From Phenylobacterium sp. (GTDB lineage: Bacteria; Pseudomonadota; Alphaproteobacteria; Caulobacterales; Caulobacteraceae): DNA of 64,000 bases. The notes beneath the pieces are model-generated. The model saw only the letters and a list, made by a program, of their open reading frames with translations, searched no databases and was not told the origin of the DNA. Shown piece by piece: positions 25,870 to 35,095 of this stretch; positions within the stretch are counted from its first letter, which is position 1; each line of letters opens with the position of its first letter. The translations under genes and the position numbers were made by a program. The stretch spans positions 25,785 to 89,784 of the forward strand of contig NZ_JANXWD010000087.1 of assembly GCF_025351295.1 (NCBI RefSeq), given 5' to 3'.

Positions 25870-27732
25870 ATGACCCCTGCCGACGACCAAGGCGCCGCCA
25901 TCGCCAGCGGACCCGCCGCGACCCTGCCGCCGTTCAAGGCCCTTCCGCAGAAGGCCCCCGACGTCAGCATCGAGAAGACGGCGGACGGGACCTATTACGT
26001 CCGCTCCAACCATGCGCCGGGCGCCGGCCCGCGCTCCATCGCCCACCTGCTGGCCGAGCGCGCCGCGGCCCATCCCGACCGGCCGTACATCCGGCAGCGC
26101 GCGCCAGGCCACGGCCCCTGGGGCGGGGTCACCTATGGCGAGGCCAAGCGCGCGGCGGACGGCATCGGCCAATGGTTGCTGGACCGCGGCCTGACCGGCG
26201 CCGACAGCGTCATGGTGTTGTCGGCCAACTCGGTGAACCACGGCCTGATCATGCTGGGCTGCTACACCGTGGGCGTGCCGATCGCGCCGATCAGCCCGGC
26301 CTACAGCCTGATCTCCACCGACCACGCCAAGCTCAAGCACGCCTTCGCGACGGTCCGGCCCAAGGTGGTGTTCGCCGAGCACAGCGCGCAGTTCGAGCGG
26401 GCGTTCGCGACGCTGCGGGCCCTGGACCCCGCGCTCACCTTCGTGACGGTCGATGGGGGGGCGGGGACCACGCCGCTGGCGGAGCTGACGGCCACCGCGC
26501 CCACCGCGGCGGTCGAGGTCGTACGGGCGAACATCGACCATTCGACGGTGGCCAAATACCTGTTCACCTCCGGCTCGACCGGCATGCCGAAGGGCGTGCC
26601 GCAGACCCACGGCATGTTCGCGGGCGTGATCGCCGGCGGCGAGGGGCTGCGGACCGAGCCCGCCGACCCCGGCATCATCCCGCAGAGCCTGGAGTGGATG
26701 CCCTGGAGCCACATCTCGGCCGGCACCATCGGCTTCAACGCCGTGCTGTGGGGCGGCGGCACGCTGCACCTGGACGAGGGCAAGCCGATTCCCGGCCAGT
26801 TCGAGACCACGATCAAGAACCTCTACGAGATCTCGCCCATGGGCTTCGGCTCGGCGCCGGTGGCGTTCGGGATGCTAGTGGAGGCGATGGAGCGCGACCT
26901 CGCGCTCAGGGCCAGCTTCTTCAAGAACCTGCGCAGCTGCGGCTATGGCGGGGCGACCCTGTCGTCGGACGTCTCTGACCGCCTGCAGGCCCTGGCGATC
27001 GCCGAGACCGGCTTCCGCATCCCGCTGACCACCATGTACGGCGCGACCGAGACCCTGGGCATCACCGTGGTCCACTGGATCACGGAACTGGTCGGGCTGA
27101 TCGGCCTGCCGCTGCCCGGCATCACGCTCAAGCTCGTGCCGAACGGCTCGAAGCTGGAGGTACGGGTGAAGGGCCCGACGGTCACCACCGGCTACCACAA
27201 CGACCCGGAGAAGACCGCCGCCGCCTTCGACGAGGAGGGCTACTACAAGCTGGGCGACGCCTGCCGGTTCCTTGACCCCGAACACCCCGAGCTGGGGATC
27301 GTGTTCGACGGCCGGGTGACCGAGGACTTCAAGCTGGACTCCGGCACCTGGGTCTCGGTGGGGACCCTTCGGCCCGACCTGGTCGCCGCCTGCACGCCCT
27401 ATGCCTTCGACATGGTGATCGCCGGCCAGGACAAGCCGTTCGCCGCCGCCCTGATCTGGCCCTCCCCGGCGGCGCTGCCAACGCTGGGGGACAACCCGCT
27501 GGCCAAGCTGACCGAGGTATTGAAGGCGCGGATCGGCGAGTTCAACCGCACCGCCGGCGGCTCGTCGCGCCGGGTCGCCCGGTTCATCGTGCTGACCGAA
27601 CCGCCCTCGATCGACGGCGGCGAGATCACCGACAAGGGCTATGTGAACCAGCGCGCGACCCTGGACCGCCGCGTGGACCTGGTGAAGGCGCTCTACGCCA
27701 ACCCGCCCGGCGATGGGGTGGTCGTTGTCTAG
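25870..27732 (+). CDS. feruloyl-CoA synthase-like AMP-binding acyl-CoA synthetase
   Basis: FTSGSTGMPK, MYGATE, YYKLGD and GRVTEDFKL motifs; GGAGG SD. Confidence 0.88.
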   Translation: MTPADDQGAAIASGPAATLPPFKALPQKAPDVSIEKTADGTYYVRSNHAPGAGPRSIAHLLAERAAAHPDRPYIRQRAPGHGPWGGVTYGEAKRAADGIGQWLLDRGLTGADSVMVLSANSVNHGLIMLGCYTVGVPIAPISPAYSLISTDHAKLKHAFATVRPKVVFAEHSAQFERAFATLRALDPALTFVTVDGGAGTTPLAELTATAPTAAVEVVRANIDHSTVAKYLFTSGSTGMPKGVPQTHGMFAGVIAGGEGLRTEPADPGIIPQSLEWMPWSHISAGTIGFNAVLWGGGTLHLDEGKPIPGQFETTIKNLYEISPMGFGSAPVAFGMLVEAMERDLALRASFFKNLRSCGYGGATLSSDVSDRLQALAIAETGFRIPLTTMYGATETLGITVVHWITELVGLIGLPLPGITLKLVPNGSKLEVRVKGPTVTTGYHNDPEKTAAAFDEEGYYKLGDACRFLDPEHPELGIVFDGRVTEDFKLDSGTWVSVGTLRPDLVAACTPYAFDMVIAGQDKPFAAALIWPSPAALPTLGDNPLAKLTEVLKARIGEFNRTAGGSSRRVARFIVLTEPPSIDGGEITDKGYVNQRATLDRRVDLVKALYANPPGDGVVVV

Positions 27733-27744
27733 CGCCCGGCAAAT

Positions 27745-27930
27745 CTCCTCTCCCCCGCGAAGCGAGAGGGAAAGGGTAGGGAGAGGGTCGGCTCGGCGAC
27801 CGGTCTCCCACGACGGTCGGGCGAGGGCCCGCCCGCTCAGGATCCTGGTTCAAACCGGAGCGGCTACCGCGCAGTCCTGCGCCGACCCTCTCCCTGCCCT
27901 CTCCCTCTCCGCTTCGCGGGGGGAGAGGAG
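27745..27930. repeat. hairpin doublet element (CTCCTCTCCC/GGGAGAGGAG)
   Basis: Arms 27745-27792 and 27881-27930 are near-perfect inverted copies. Confidence 0.85.
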
Positions 27931-27943
27931 GAGTACGTCCTAG

Positions 27944-28852
27944 ATGGCCGACATCATCCTCCACCACTACGACGCCTCGCCGTTCTCCGAGAAGGTGCGG
28001 CTGATGCTGGGGATCAAGGGGTTGGCGTGGCGCTCGGTGATCCAGCCGGTGATCATGCCCAAGCCCGACCTGATCCCGCTGACCGGCGGCTATCGGCGCA
28101 TCCCGGTGATGCAGATCGGGGCGGACGTCTATTGCGACAGCCAAGTGATCCTGGCCGAGCTGGAGCGGCGCTATCCCAACCCGCCGGTGGTGCGCGGGGC
28201 CGACTGGGCGGTGAACCTGTGGGCCGACCGGCTGTGGTTCCAGGCCAGCGTGGCGGTGATCTTCGCCGAGATGGGCGACGCCGTGCCCAAGGACTTCATC
28301 GCCGACCGCGAGAAGCTGTCGGGCCGCCCGTTCGACGTGAACGCCATGAAGGCCGCCGCGCCGTTCATGCGCGCCCAGTGGCGGGCCTATGCCGCCTGGC
28401 TGGAGGACGGCCTGGCCGCGGGCGACTTCCTGGGCGGGGCGACGCCGTCGCTGTCCGACGTGGCCGCCTGGATGAACATATGGTGGGCCGGCGGCGCGGT
28501 CCCCAAGGTCTCGGAGGGGCTGCTGGCCGGCTTCGACCGCACCGCGGCCTGGCGCGACCGCCTGCGCGCCATCGGCCACGGCCGGCGCAGCGAGATGACG
28601 CCGGGCGAGGCGGTGCAGGTGGCGATCAACTCCGCCCCGTCCGACGACTGTCCCGGCGATCCCAACGACCCGTCCGGGCTGACGGCGGGCGACCCGGTGG
28701 TGGTCCAGGCCGACGACTACGGCCGCGATCCCGTCGAGGGCGTGCTGGTGGCCGCGACCCGAAACCGCGTCACCCTGGCCCGCGAGTGCGGCGAGCTGGA
28801 CGTGGTGCATGTGCATTTCCCGCGCGCCGGCTACGTGCTGGCTCGCCGCTAG
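27944..28852 (+). CDS. glutathione S-transferase family protein with C-terminal extension
   Basis: SPFSEKVR, YRRIPVMQIG and CDSQVI motifs. Confidence 0.9.
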   Translation: MADIILHHYDASPFSEKVRLMLGIKGLAWRSVIQPVIMPKPDLIPLTGGYRRIPVMQIGADVYCDSQVILAELERRYPNPPVVRGADWAVNLWADRLWFQASVAVIFAEMGDAVPKDFIADREKLSGRPFDVNAMKAAAPFMRAQWRAYAAWLEDGLAAGDFLGGATPSLSDVAAWMNIWWAGGAVPKVSEGLLAGFDRTAAWRDRLRAIGHGRRSEMTPGEAVQVAINSAPSDDCPGDPNDPSGLTAGDPVVVQADDYGRDPVEGVLVAATRNRVTLARECGELDVVHVHFPRAGYVLARR

Positions 28853-28951
28853 GTCGCTCAGCGACCTGGCGGCTCATTTTTGGATGCGCTCTCCGGGCGG
28901 CGAACCGGTACCCACTTTGCCTGAGAGCGCAACGCTAGGAGGACTTAAGCG

Positions 28952-29797
28952 ATGAACGACCGGATCACGGTGGATATCCAGGGTGGCGTCGCTGACGTGC
29001 GCCTGGTGCGGACCGACAAGATGAACGCCCTCGACAACGCCATGTTCGAGGCCCTGATCCAGACCGGCGAGCGGCTGAAGAGCGAGCCGGGCCTGCGCGC
29101 CGTGGTGCTGTCCGGCGACGGCCGGGCGTTCTGCGCCGGGCTGGACACCTCCAATTTCGCCGCCATGGCGTCGGGCGAGCGGGGCGCCAGCGCCGGGCTG
29201 GTGACGCCGAAGCGCTCGGCGAGCGGCGCCAATCGGGCCCAGCACGCGGTGATGGTCTGGCGGGAGATCCCGGTGCCGGTGATCGCCGCGGTGCATGGCG
29301 TGGCGTTCGGCGGCGGCTACCAGCTGCAGCTCAGCGCGGACCTGCGGTTCGTGACCGCCGACGCCAGGCTGTCGGTGCTGGAGATCAAGTGGGGCCTGAT
29401 CCCCGACATGGCCGGGATGGCGCTCCTGCGCGGCCTGGTGCGCGACGACGTGGCGCGCGAGCTGACCTATTCGGGCCGCATCTTCTCAGGCCAGGAGGCC
29501 CTGGCGATGGGCCTGGCCACCCGCGTCTGCGAGGACCCGCGGGCCGAGGCGCTGGCCTTCGCCCGCGACGTGGCCGGCAAGAACCCCGACGCCATCCGCG
29601 CCGGCAAGCGGCTGCTGAACCTGATGGTCGAGGGCGACCAGCATGAGATCCTGCTGGAGGAGAGCCGCGAGCAGACGGCGCTGATCGGTTCGCCCAATCA
29701 GGTGGAGGCCGTCCGCGCCAGCCTGGAGAAGCGCACGCCGAACTTCGCCGAGCCCGAGGTCGAGACCCGGGCGCCGGTTCCGTTCGGCGCGAGCTAA
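28952..29797 (+). CDS. crotonase/enoyl-CoA hydratase family protein
   Basis: FCAGLD, AFGGGYQL and EIKWGLIPD motifs. Confidence 0.92.
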   Translation: MNDRITVDIQGGVADVRLVRTDKMNALDNAMFEALIQTGERLKSEPGLRAVVLSGDGRAFCAGLDTSNFAAMASGERGASAGLVTPKRSASGANRAQHAVMVWREIPVPVIAAVHGVAFGGGYQLQLSADLRFVTADARLSVLEIKWGLIPDMAGMALLRGLVRDDVARELTYSGRIFSGQEALAMGLATRVCEDPRAEALAFARDVAGKNPDAIRAGKRLLNLMVEGDQHEILLEESREQTALIGSPNQVEAVRASLEKRTPNFAEPEVETRAPVPFGAS

Positions 29798-29830
29798 CGC
29801 GCGTCGCCGGATGTTGGCGACGGCCGCCGA

Positions 29831-30574
29831 TCACCCACGGCCGATGTAGGGCATCTGGGTCGCCATCACAGTCATGAACTGGACATTGGCCGAGAGCGGC
29901 AGGCCGGCCATGTAGAGCACGGCGTCGGCGACGGCCTGGACGTCCATGGTCGGCTCGGCCTTCAGCGAGCCGTCGGCCTGGAGCGCGCCGCGGGCGATGG
30001 CGCGGGTCATGTCGGTGGCGGCGTTGCCGATGTCGATCTGGCCGCAGGCGATGTCGAAAGCCCGGCCGTCCAGGGCCGTGGACTTGGTCAGGCCGGTGAT
30101 CGCGTGCTTGGTGGCGGTATAGGCGATCGAGCCGGGACGGGGCGTGTGCGCCGAGATGGAGCCGTTGTTGACGATCCGCCCGCCGTGCGGGTCCTGGGCC
30201 TTCATCAGCCGGAAGGCGGCGCGGGTGCAGAGGAAGGCGCCGGTCAGGTTCACGTCGACCACGCGCCGCCAGTGCGCGATGGAGTGGTCCTCGATCGGTC
30301 CGGGCGGGGCGCCTGTGCCGGCGTTGTTGAACAGCAGGTCCAGCCGCCCGAACCACGTCTTCACGGCTTCGAACAGGGCCTCGACGCTGTCAGGGTCGGC
30401 GACGTCGGTGGCGTGGGCGAGCGCCTCGCCGCCCTCGGCCATCGCGGCGGTGGCGTCCAGCGCCTCGGCGCGGCGGCCGGCCAGGGCGACGCTCCAGCCG
30501 GCCTTCAGTAGCGCCAGGGACACAGCCCGGCCGATCCCGCTACCGGCCCCCGTCACGATTGCGACCTTAGCCAT
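29831..30574 (-). CDS. SDR family oxidoreductase
   Basis: [12 protein letters not shown] and YTATK motifs. Confidence 0.93.
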   Translation of the reverse strand: MAKVAIVTGAGSGIGRAVSLALLKAGWSVALAGRRAEALDATAAMAEGGEALAHATDVADPDSVEALFEAVKTWFGRLDLLFNNAGTGAPPGPIEDHSIAHWRRVVDVNLTGAFLCTRAAFRLMKAQDPHGGRIVNNGSISAHTPRPGSIAYTATKHAITGLTKSTALDGRAFDIACGQIDIGNAATDMTRAIARGALQADGSLKAEPTMDVQAVADAVLYMAGLPLSANVQFMTVMATQMPYIGRG

Positions 30575-30649
30575 TGCGCTCTCCCGTGGGTGTCATTAGC
30601 CCCATAGGGCGCCATCTGGCGCGCCGCCATACCAGATTTACGAGCTGTC

Positions 30650-32653
30650 ATGCCCGCCTTGCCGCCGCCGCCAGCGCCCGAAGTCGAAGTCGTGGTCGTC
30701 CACCCCCCGCGCCTGGCGCCGCTCGGCGGGGAGGCGGCGTTCAGCACGATCCAACTGGGCCCCGAAATCCTCCAGACCGCGCCGCGCCTGGACGACGCGC
30801 TGAAAAACGCGCCCGGGGTCTCGCTCTTCCGCCGCACAGGCTCGGGCGCGGCCAACCCGACCACCCAGGGCCTGTCGCTCCGGGCCATCGCGCCCTCCGG
30901 GGCCGGCCGGGCGCTGGTGACGCTGGACGGCGCGCCGCAGAACGATCCGTTCGGCGGCTGGGTGATCTGGAGCGCCCTGCCCGCCGAGGGGCTGGACGGT
31001 GCGACCATCGTGCGCGGCGCGGGGGCGGGCCCCTATGGCGCCGGCGCCCTGACCGGCGTGGTGGCGTTGCAGGAACGCGGGACGGTCGACGGCCTCGCCG
31101 CGGCCTCGGCCTCGGCGGGCGAGCGCGACAGCTACCGGCTGGTGGCGGTGGGCGGCGGGCCAGGCGTGCTGGTCACGGCCGAGCGGTCCGGGACCGAAGG
31201 CTACTACGCGGTCCGCGGCCCGCGAAAGGGCGCGGTGGACCAGCGGCTGAAGCTGGACGACGCCTCGCTGGCCATGCGGGTGCAGCACGACTTCGACGGC
31301 GTGCAGGCCGCCGTGCGGCTGGCCGGATTCCAGGTGCGGCAGGGCGCGGGCCTGATCGGCGCGCGCTCGGAGGCCTCCGGCGCCTCGGCAACGCTGACCC
31401 TGGCGCAGCCGGCATCGCAGGGGGTCGGCGGCTGGCGGCTGCAGGGCTGGATCCGCGGCAGCGACCTCCAGAACAGCTCCGTGGCGGTGGCCGCCAACCG
31501 CGCCACGACCACACCGGCCAGCAACGAATACCGCACGCCCGCCGTCGGCTACGGCCTCAACGCCGCCGTCCAGGGCAAGACGGCCAACATAGCCTGGGAG
31601 GTCGGGACGGACGTGCGGCTGGCCGACGGGACCGACCACGAGCGGTTCCGCTTCCTGAGCGGCGTCTTCACCCGCGACCGCGAGGCGGGCGGCAAGACCC
31701 TGGTGGCCGGGGTCTATCTGGAGACCGCCCTGGACCAGGGGCCCTGGATCGTCACCGGCGGCGTGCGGCTGGACCGGTCGCGGGCCTATGACGCCGTGCG
31801 GCGCGAGCGCGACACCGCCACCGGGGCGATCACCCTGAACCAGAGCTTCGCCAACCGCGCCGACACCACGCCCACCGGCCGGGTCGGAGTGCGCTATGCG
31901 CTGAGCGACAGCGTCTATCTGCGCAGCGCGGCCTACGCCGGGTTCCGGCCGCCGACGCTCAATGAGCTGCACCGGCCGTTCCGGGTCGGCAACGACATCA
32001 CCGAGTCCAACCCGACCCTGAAGCCCGAGACCCTGCAGGGGATCGAGGCCGGGATGGGCGGCGACGGGGCGATCCATTGGGGCGCCACGCTGTTCTACAA
32101 CCAGCTGAACGACCCGATCACCAACGTCACCATCGGGGTCGGTCCCGGCACGTTCCCGCTGGCCGGCTTCGTGCCGGCCGGCGGCACCCTGCGCCAGCGC
32201 CAGAACGCCGGCCAGATCGACGCCTGGGGCGTGGAGGCCGACAGCTCGGGGGCGATCAACCCGACGATCGGCTGGCGCGCGGCGTTCGCCTATACCCACG
32301 CCGAGATCCACGGCGGATCGAGGGTCCCGCAGCTCACCGGCCTGCGCCCGGCCCAGACCCCGCGCTGGACGGTGACCGGCGGGCTCGACGTCCACCCCAC
32401 CGACGCGATCACCGTGTCGGGCGACCTGCGCTATGAGAGCCTGCGCTTCGACGACGATCTCAACAGCCGCCGCCTGTCGGCCGGGCTCAACCTGGACGCC
32501 AAGGCCGCCTGGCGCTTCCGGCCCGAAACCGAGCTCTACGTCGCGGTCGACAACCTGGCCGACAAGGACCTCGAGGTCGGGCAGACGGCGGACGGCGTCG
32601 AGAGCTTCGCCGCGCCGCGGACGTTTCGGGTGGGCGTAACCTACCGCCGCTGA
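30650..32653 (+). CDS. TonB-dependent receptor (no recognisable signal peptide)
   Basis: TonB-box-like EVVVV; plug motifs (LVTLDG, IVRG...YGAGALTGVV); beta-barrel pattern; NL.D near the C-terminus. Confidence 0.88.
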   Translation: MPALPPPPAPEVEVVVVHPPRLAPLGGEAAFSTIQLGPEILQTAPRLDDALKNAPGVSLFRRTGSGAANPTTQGLSLRAIAPSGAGRALVTLDGAPQNDPFGGWVIWSALPAEGLDGATIVRGAGAGPYGAGALTGVVALQERGTVDGLAAASASAGERDSYRLVAVGGGPGVLVTAERSGTEGYYAVRGPRKGAVDQRLKLDDASLAMRVQHDFDGVQAAVRLAGFQVRQGAGLIGARSEASGASATLTLAQPASQGVGGWRLQGWIRGSDLQNSSVAVAANRATTTPASNEYRTPAVGYGLNAAVQGKTANIAWEVGTDVRLADGTDHERFRFLSGVFTRDREAGGKTLVAGVYLETALDQGPWIVTGGVRLDRSRAYDAVRRERDTATGAITLNQSFANRADTTPTGRVGVRYALSDSVYLRSAAYAGFRPPTLNELHRPFRVGNDITESNPTLKPETLQGIEAGMGGDGAIHWGATLFYNQLNDPITNVTIGVGPGTFPLAGFVPAGGTLRQRQNAGQIDAWGVEADSSGAINPTIGWRAAFAYTHAEIHGGSRVPQLTGLRPAQTPRWTVTGGLDVHPTDAITVSGDLRYESLRFDDDLNSRRLSAGLNLDAKAAWRFRPETELYVAVDNLADKDLEVGQTADGVESFAAPRTFRVGVTYRR

Positions 32654-32671
32654 GCGCACGATGGAGGCCGG

Positions 32672-33091
32672 ATGAAACCCATCGACATCGCCAAGGCGCT
32701 GGGGGTCGGTCTCGCCGTGCTGGTCCTGAACCTGCTGGCGACCACGGCCATCATCACCGCCTACGCGGTGCTGGTCGCTCCAGGCCATCCGCCGGCTTTC
32801 TACCAGGCCGCCGCGCCCAGGATCGGGGCCTGGTCCGGCCCGGCCGGCGGGGTCCTGCTGCTGTTCGCCGCGAGCTGGTGGCTGGGCCGCCGGCGCCGCG
32901 AGCGGAACGCCCTGCTGTTCGCCGCGGCCGTCGGGGTGGCGTATGGGCTGGTCGACCTGGGCAGCGGCGCGGCAATGGCGGGCGCAGCGGCCATGGCGAA
33001 CGTGACCTTCGCCGTGTCCATGCTGCTGGCCCTGCTCGCCGCCCTGGCCGGCGGCCTCCTCGCGAGCCGCAAAGGAAGGGGCGCGGCTTAG
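32672..33091 (+). CDS. four-TM membrane protein of unknown function
   Basis: Hydrophobic 139-aa ORF with GGAGG SD. Confidence 0.75.
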   Translation: MKPIDIAKALGVGLAVLVLNLLATTAIITAYAVLVAPGHPPAFYQAAAPRIGAWSGPAGGVLLLFAASWWLGRRRRERNALLFAAAVGVAYGLVDLGSGAAMAGAAAMANVTFAVSMLLALLAALAGGLLASRKGRGAA

Positions 33092-33903
33092 ACCGGGTCC
33101 GGTGGGAACAGGTCCTGGTGGCGCTCGCAGACGCGGTCCCAGATGCCGGCGGCTTCCGGCAGGTCGAGTTCGAACTCGCGCTTCAGCAGGGCCACGAAAT
33201 CCGGCGCGGTGTCGATCAGGCTGTCCGTCCTGCCGCCGGGCGTCAGCCGGCGGAAGGCGCGGCCGCGCAGCAGGCGGATCTCCTCGCCCATGTGCCGCTG
33301 GGCGACGGCGGTCATCACGAAGATCGAAGTCGGCGAGGTCTGCAGCTCCTGGCACTTGGCGGCCAGGCGGGCGGGGTCGGCCGGCTGCTCGGTGAAGTCG
33401 AAGTTGGGCGCGCCGCCGGCCGGATGGTTGGTCAAGCGCCACCAGTCGGCGTCGATCTTCTCCAGGCCATAGAGATAGCCGTCCGAGAGGATCGGACCCT
33501 GGCGCAGCGGAAACGGATCGCGCGAGCCGTCGCCAAAGCCGACGTCGGCGATCCAGGGTTCGCCGTCCAGGACGACCTTCAGCACCAGGTGATTGCCCAC
33601 TGCGTCGTCGCCCCGCACCGCGCGCATCACGCCGCCGGCTAGCCGGGTGACCTTGAAGCCGATGTCGTCGAGGACAGCGCCCAGCACGCCGTTCATCTCG
33701 TAGCACCAGCCGCCGCGCCGGCCGTGGACCAGCTTGTTGAAGGCGGCGGCCGGGTCGGGGGTGGTCGGGCGGCCCAGCTGGACGTCCATGTTCTCGTAGG
33801 AGATGTTCAGCGAATGGCCCCGGTGCAGGGCGCGCAGGGTCGCCAGGTCCGGACGCGCGACGCCCTTGAACCCGACGCGGTCGAGATAGGCCTGGACGTC
33901 CAT
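33088..33903 (-). CDS. arylamine N-acetyltransferase
   Basis: Triad Cys (RRGGWCYE), His (NHL) and Asp (ADVGFG). Confidence 0.93.
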   Translation of the reverse strand: MDVQAYLDRVGFKGVARPDLATLRALHRGHSLNISYENMDVQLGRPTTPDPAAAFNKLVHGRRGGWCYEMNGVLGAVLDDIGFKVTRLAGGVMRAVRGDDAVGNHLVLKVVLDGEPWIADVGFGDGSRDPFPLRQGPILSDGYLYGLEKIDADWWRLTNHPAGGAPNFDFTEQPADPARLAAKCQELQTSPTSIFVMTAVAQRHMGEEIRLLRGRAFRRLTPGGRTDSLIDTAPDFVALLKREFELDLPEAAGIWDRVCERHQDLFPPDPV

Positions 33904-34002
33904 TCCTACTCCGTCATGGCCGGCGCGGGCGCTTAGCATGGCCGCGCCTTATCGGAGCTCAATCTAGCGGAGGCGAGGCCCGGCGGCGAGCGTGCAGGAA
34001 AC

Positions 34003-35013
34003 TCATTGCTGAGCTTCGAGGAACCGCAGGACCGCCAGTTCGAAGGCGCGCGCGCTTCGGGCGGCCGTCAGGCCGAGGCGGCCTTGCGCGAAGGCCTCCA
34101 GCATGGCCGGATGGATATAGGCGCTGCGGGCCACGGCGGCGGTGTTGCCCAGCACGCCCGCCACGGCCTTGACGCAGGTGTTCACGCTGCGCTTCGGGTC
34201 GGGCAGGGCGGCGCATTCGGCCGAGGTGAGGGCGCGGGCGGCGGCGACGGTGCCGGCCCACGTCCGGAAATCTTTGGCCGAGAAGTCGTCGCCGATGGCG
34301 TCGCGGATGTAGGCGTTGACGTCAGCGGACTCCACGGCGCGGCGCTGGCCGTCGTCGTCGAGGTACTGGAACAGCCGCTGGCCGGGCAGGTCCTGGCAGG
34401 CCTTGACGACGCGGGCCAGCCGACGGTCGCTGAAGCCGGTGGCGTGGACCTTGCCGCTCTTGCCGCGGAACTCGAACATCGCCTTGGCGGCGCCGATCCT
34501 GGCGTGGCGATTGCGCAAGGTCGTCAGGCCAAAGCTCTTGTTCTGCTTCGCGTATTCCTCGTTGCCCACGCGGATCAGGGTCATCTCCATGACCCGGATC
34601 ACCGCCGCCAGCACCTTCTCGCGCGGCAGGCCGCGGCGGGCCAGGTCCCGGTCCACCCGCTTGCGCAGCCGGGGAAGGGCGCGACCGAAGGCGATCAGCC
34701 GATCGAACTTGCCGCCCGAGCGCGCCGCGCTCCAGCGGGCGTGGTAGCGGTACTGCTTTCGCCGCTTCCGGTCGCGGCCCGTGGCCTGCAGATGGCCGTT
34801 GGCGTTGGGACAGATCCACACCTCAGTCCAGGCGGGCGGGATGGCCAGGGCGCGAATGCGGTCCAGCGTCTTTTCGTCGGCGACCGCCGAGCCGTCGGCC
34901 CGATGGTAGTTGAAGCCGTGGCTCCGGGCCGGGGTGCGGACGATCCCGGCGTCCTGATCGCTGACGTAGCTCAGGCCTTCCGGGGCCGGCTCGTCGTTCA
35001 TGTCCCTGGCCAT
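34003..35013 (-). CDS. bacterial DNA topoisomerase IB
   Basis: RKQYRYH, RVGNEEY, FRGKSGK, KDFRTW and LGNT..V.RSAY catalytic motifs. Confidence 0.93.
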   Translation of the reverse strand: MARDMNDEPAPEGLSYVSDQDAGIVRTPARSHGFNYHRADGSAVADEKTLDRIRALAIPPAWTEVWICPNANGHLQATGRDRKRRKQYRYHARWSAARSGGKFDRLIAFGRALPRLRKRVDRDLARRGLPREKVLAAVIRVMEMTLIRVGNEEYAKQNKSFGLTTLRNRHARIGAAKAMFEFRGKSGKVHATGFSDRRLARVVKACQDLPGQRLFQYLDDDGQRRAVESADVNAYIRDAIGDDFSAKDFRTWAGTVAAARALTSAECAALPDPKRSVNTCVKAVAGVLGNTAAVARSAYIHPAMLEAFAQGRLGLTAARSARAFELAVLRFLEAQQ

Positions 35014-35042
35014 TTCCCGAGCCCCTCTACCGGCTTGGCCGC

Positions 35043-35067
35043 AACGTGATATGCGGACCCCGGTTCC
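35043..35067 (-). promoter_or_regulatory. EcfG/SigT promoter of TopIB
   Basis: Minus strand GGAAC-N16-CGTT, an exact consensus match ending about 30 nt upstream of the ATG. Confidence 0.72.
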
Positions 35068-35095
35068 CGCCCGCAGCCCCAAGCCCCTGGACGCC

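Noticed and set aside
23379-28852. GSTs as lignin beta-etherases (LigE/LigF/LigG)
   Set aside because: Only generic GST motifs seen; I could not recognise Lig-specific signatures.
28851-28931. 8-bp and 9-bp inverted repeats between the GST and crotonase genes
   Set aside because: Short GC-rich stems, plausible as ordinary terminator or chance structures.
30575-30649. Cobalamin or other riboswitch before the TonB receptor
   Set aside because: Only 75 nt, shared with a divergent gene; no aptamer consensus.
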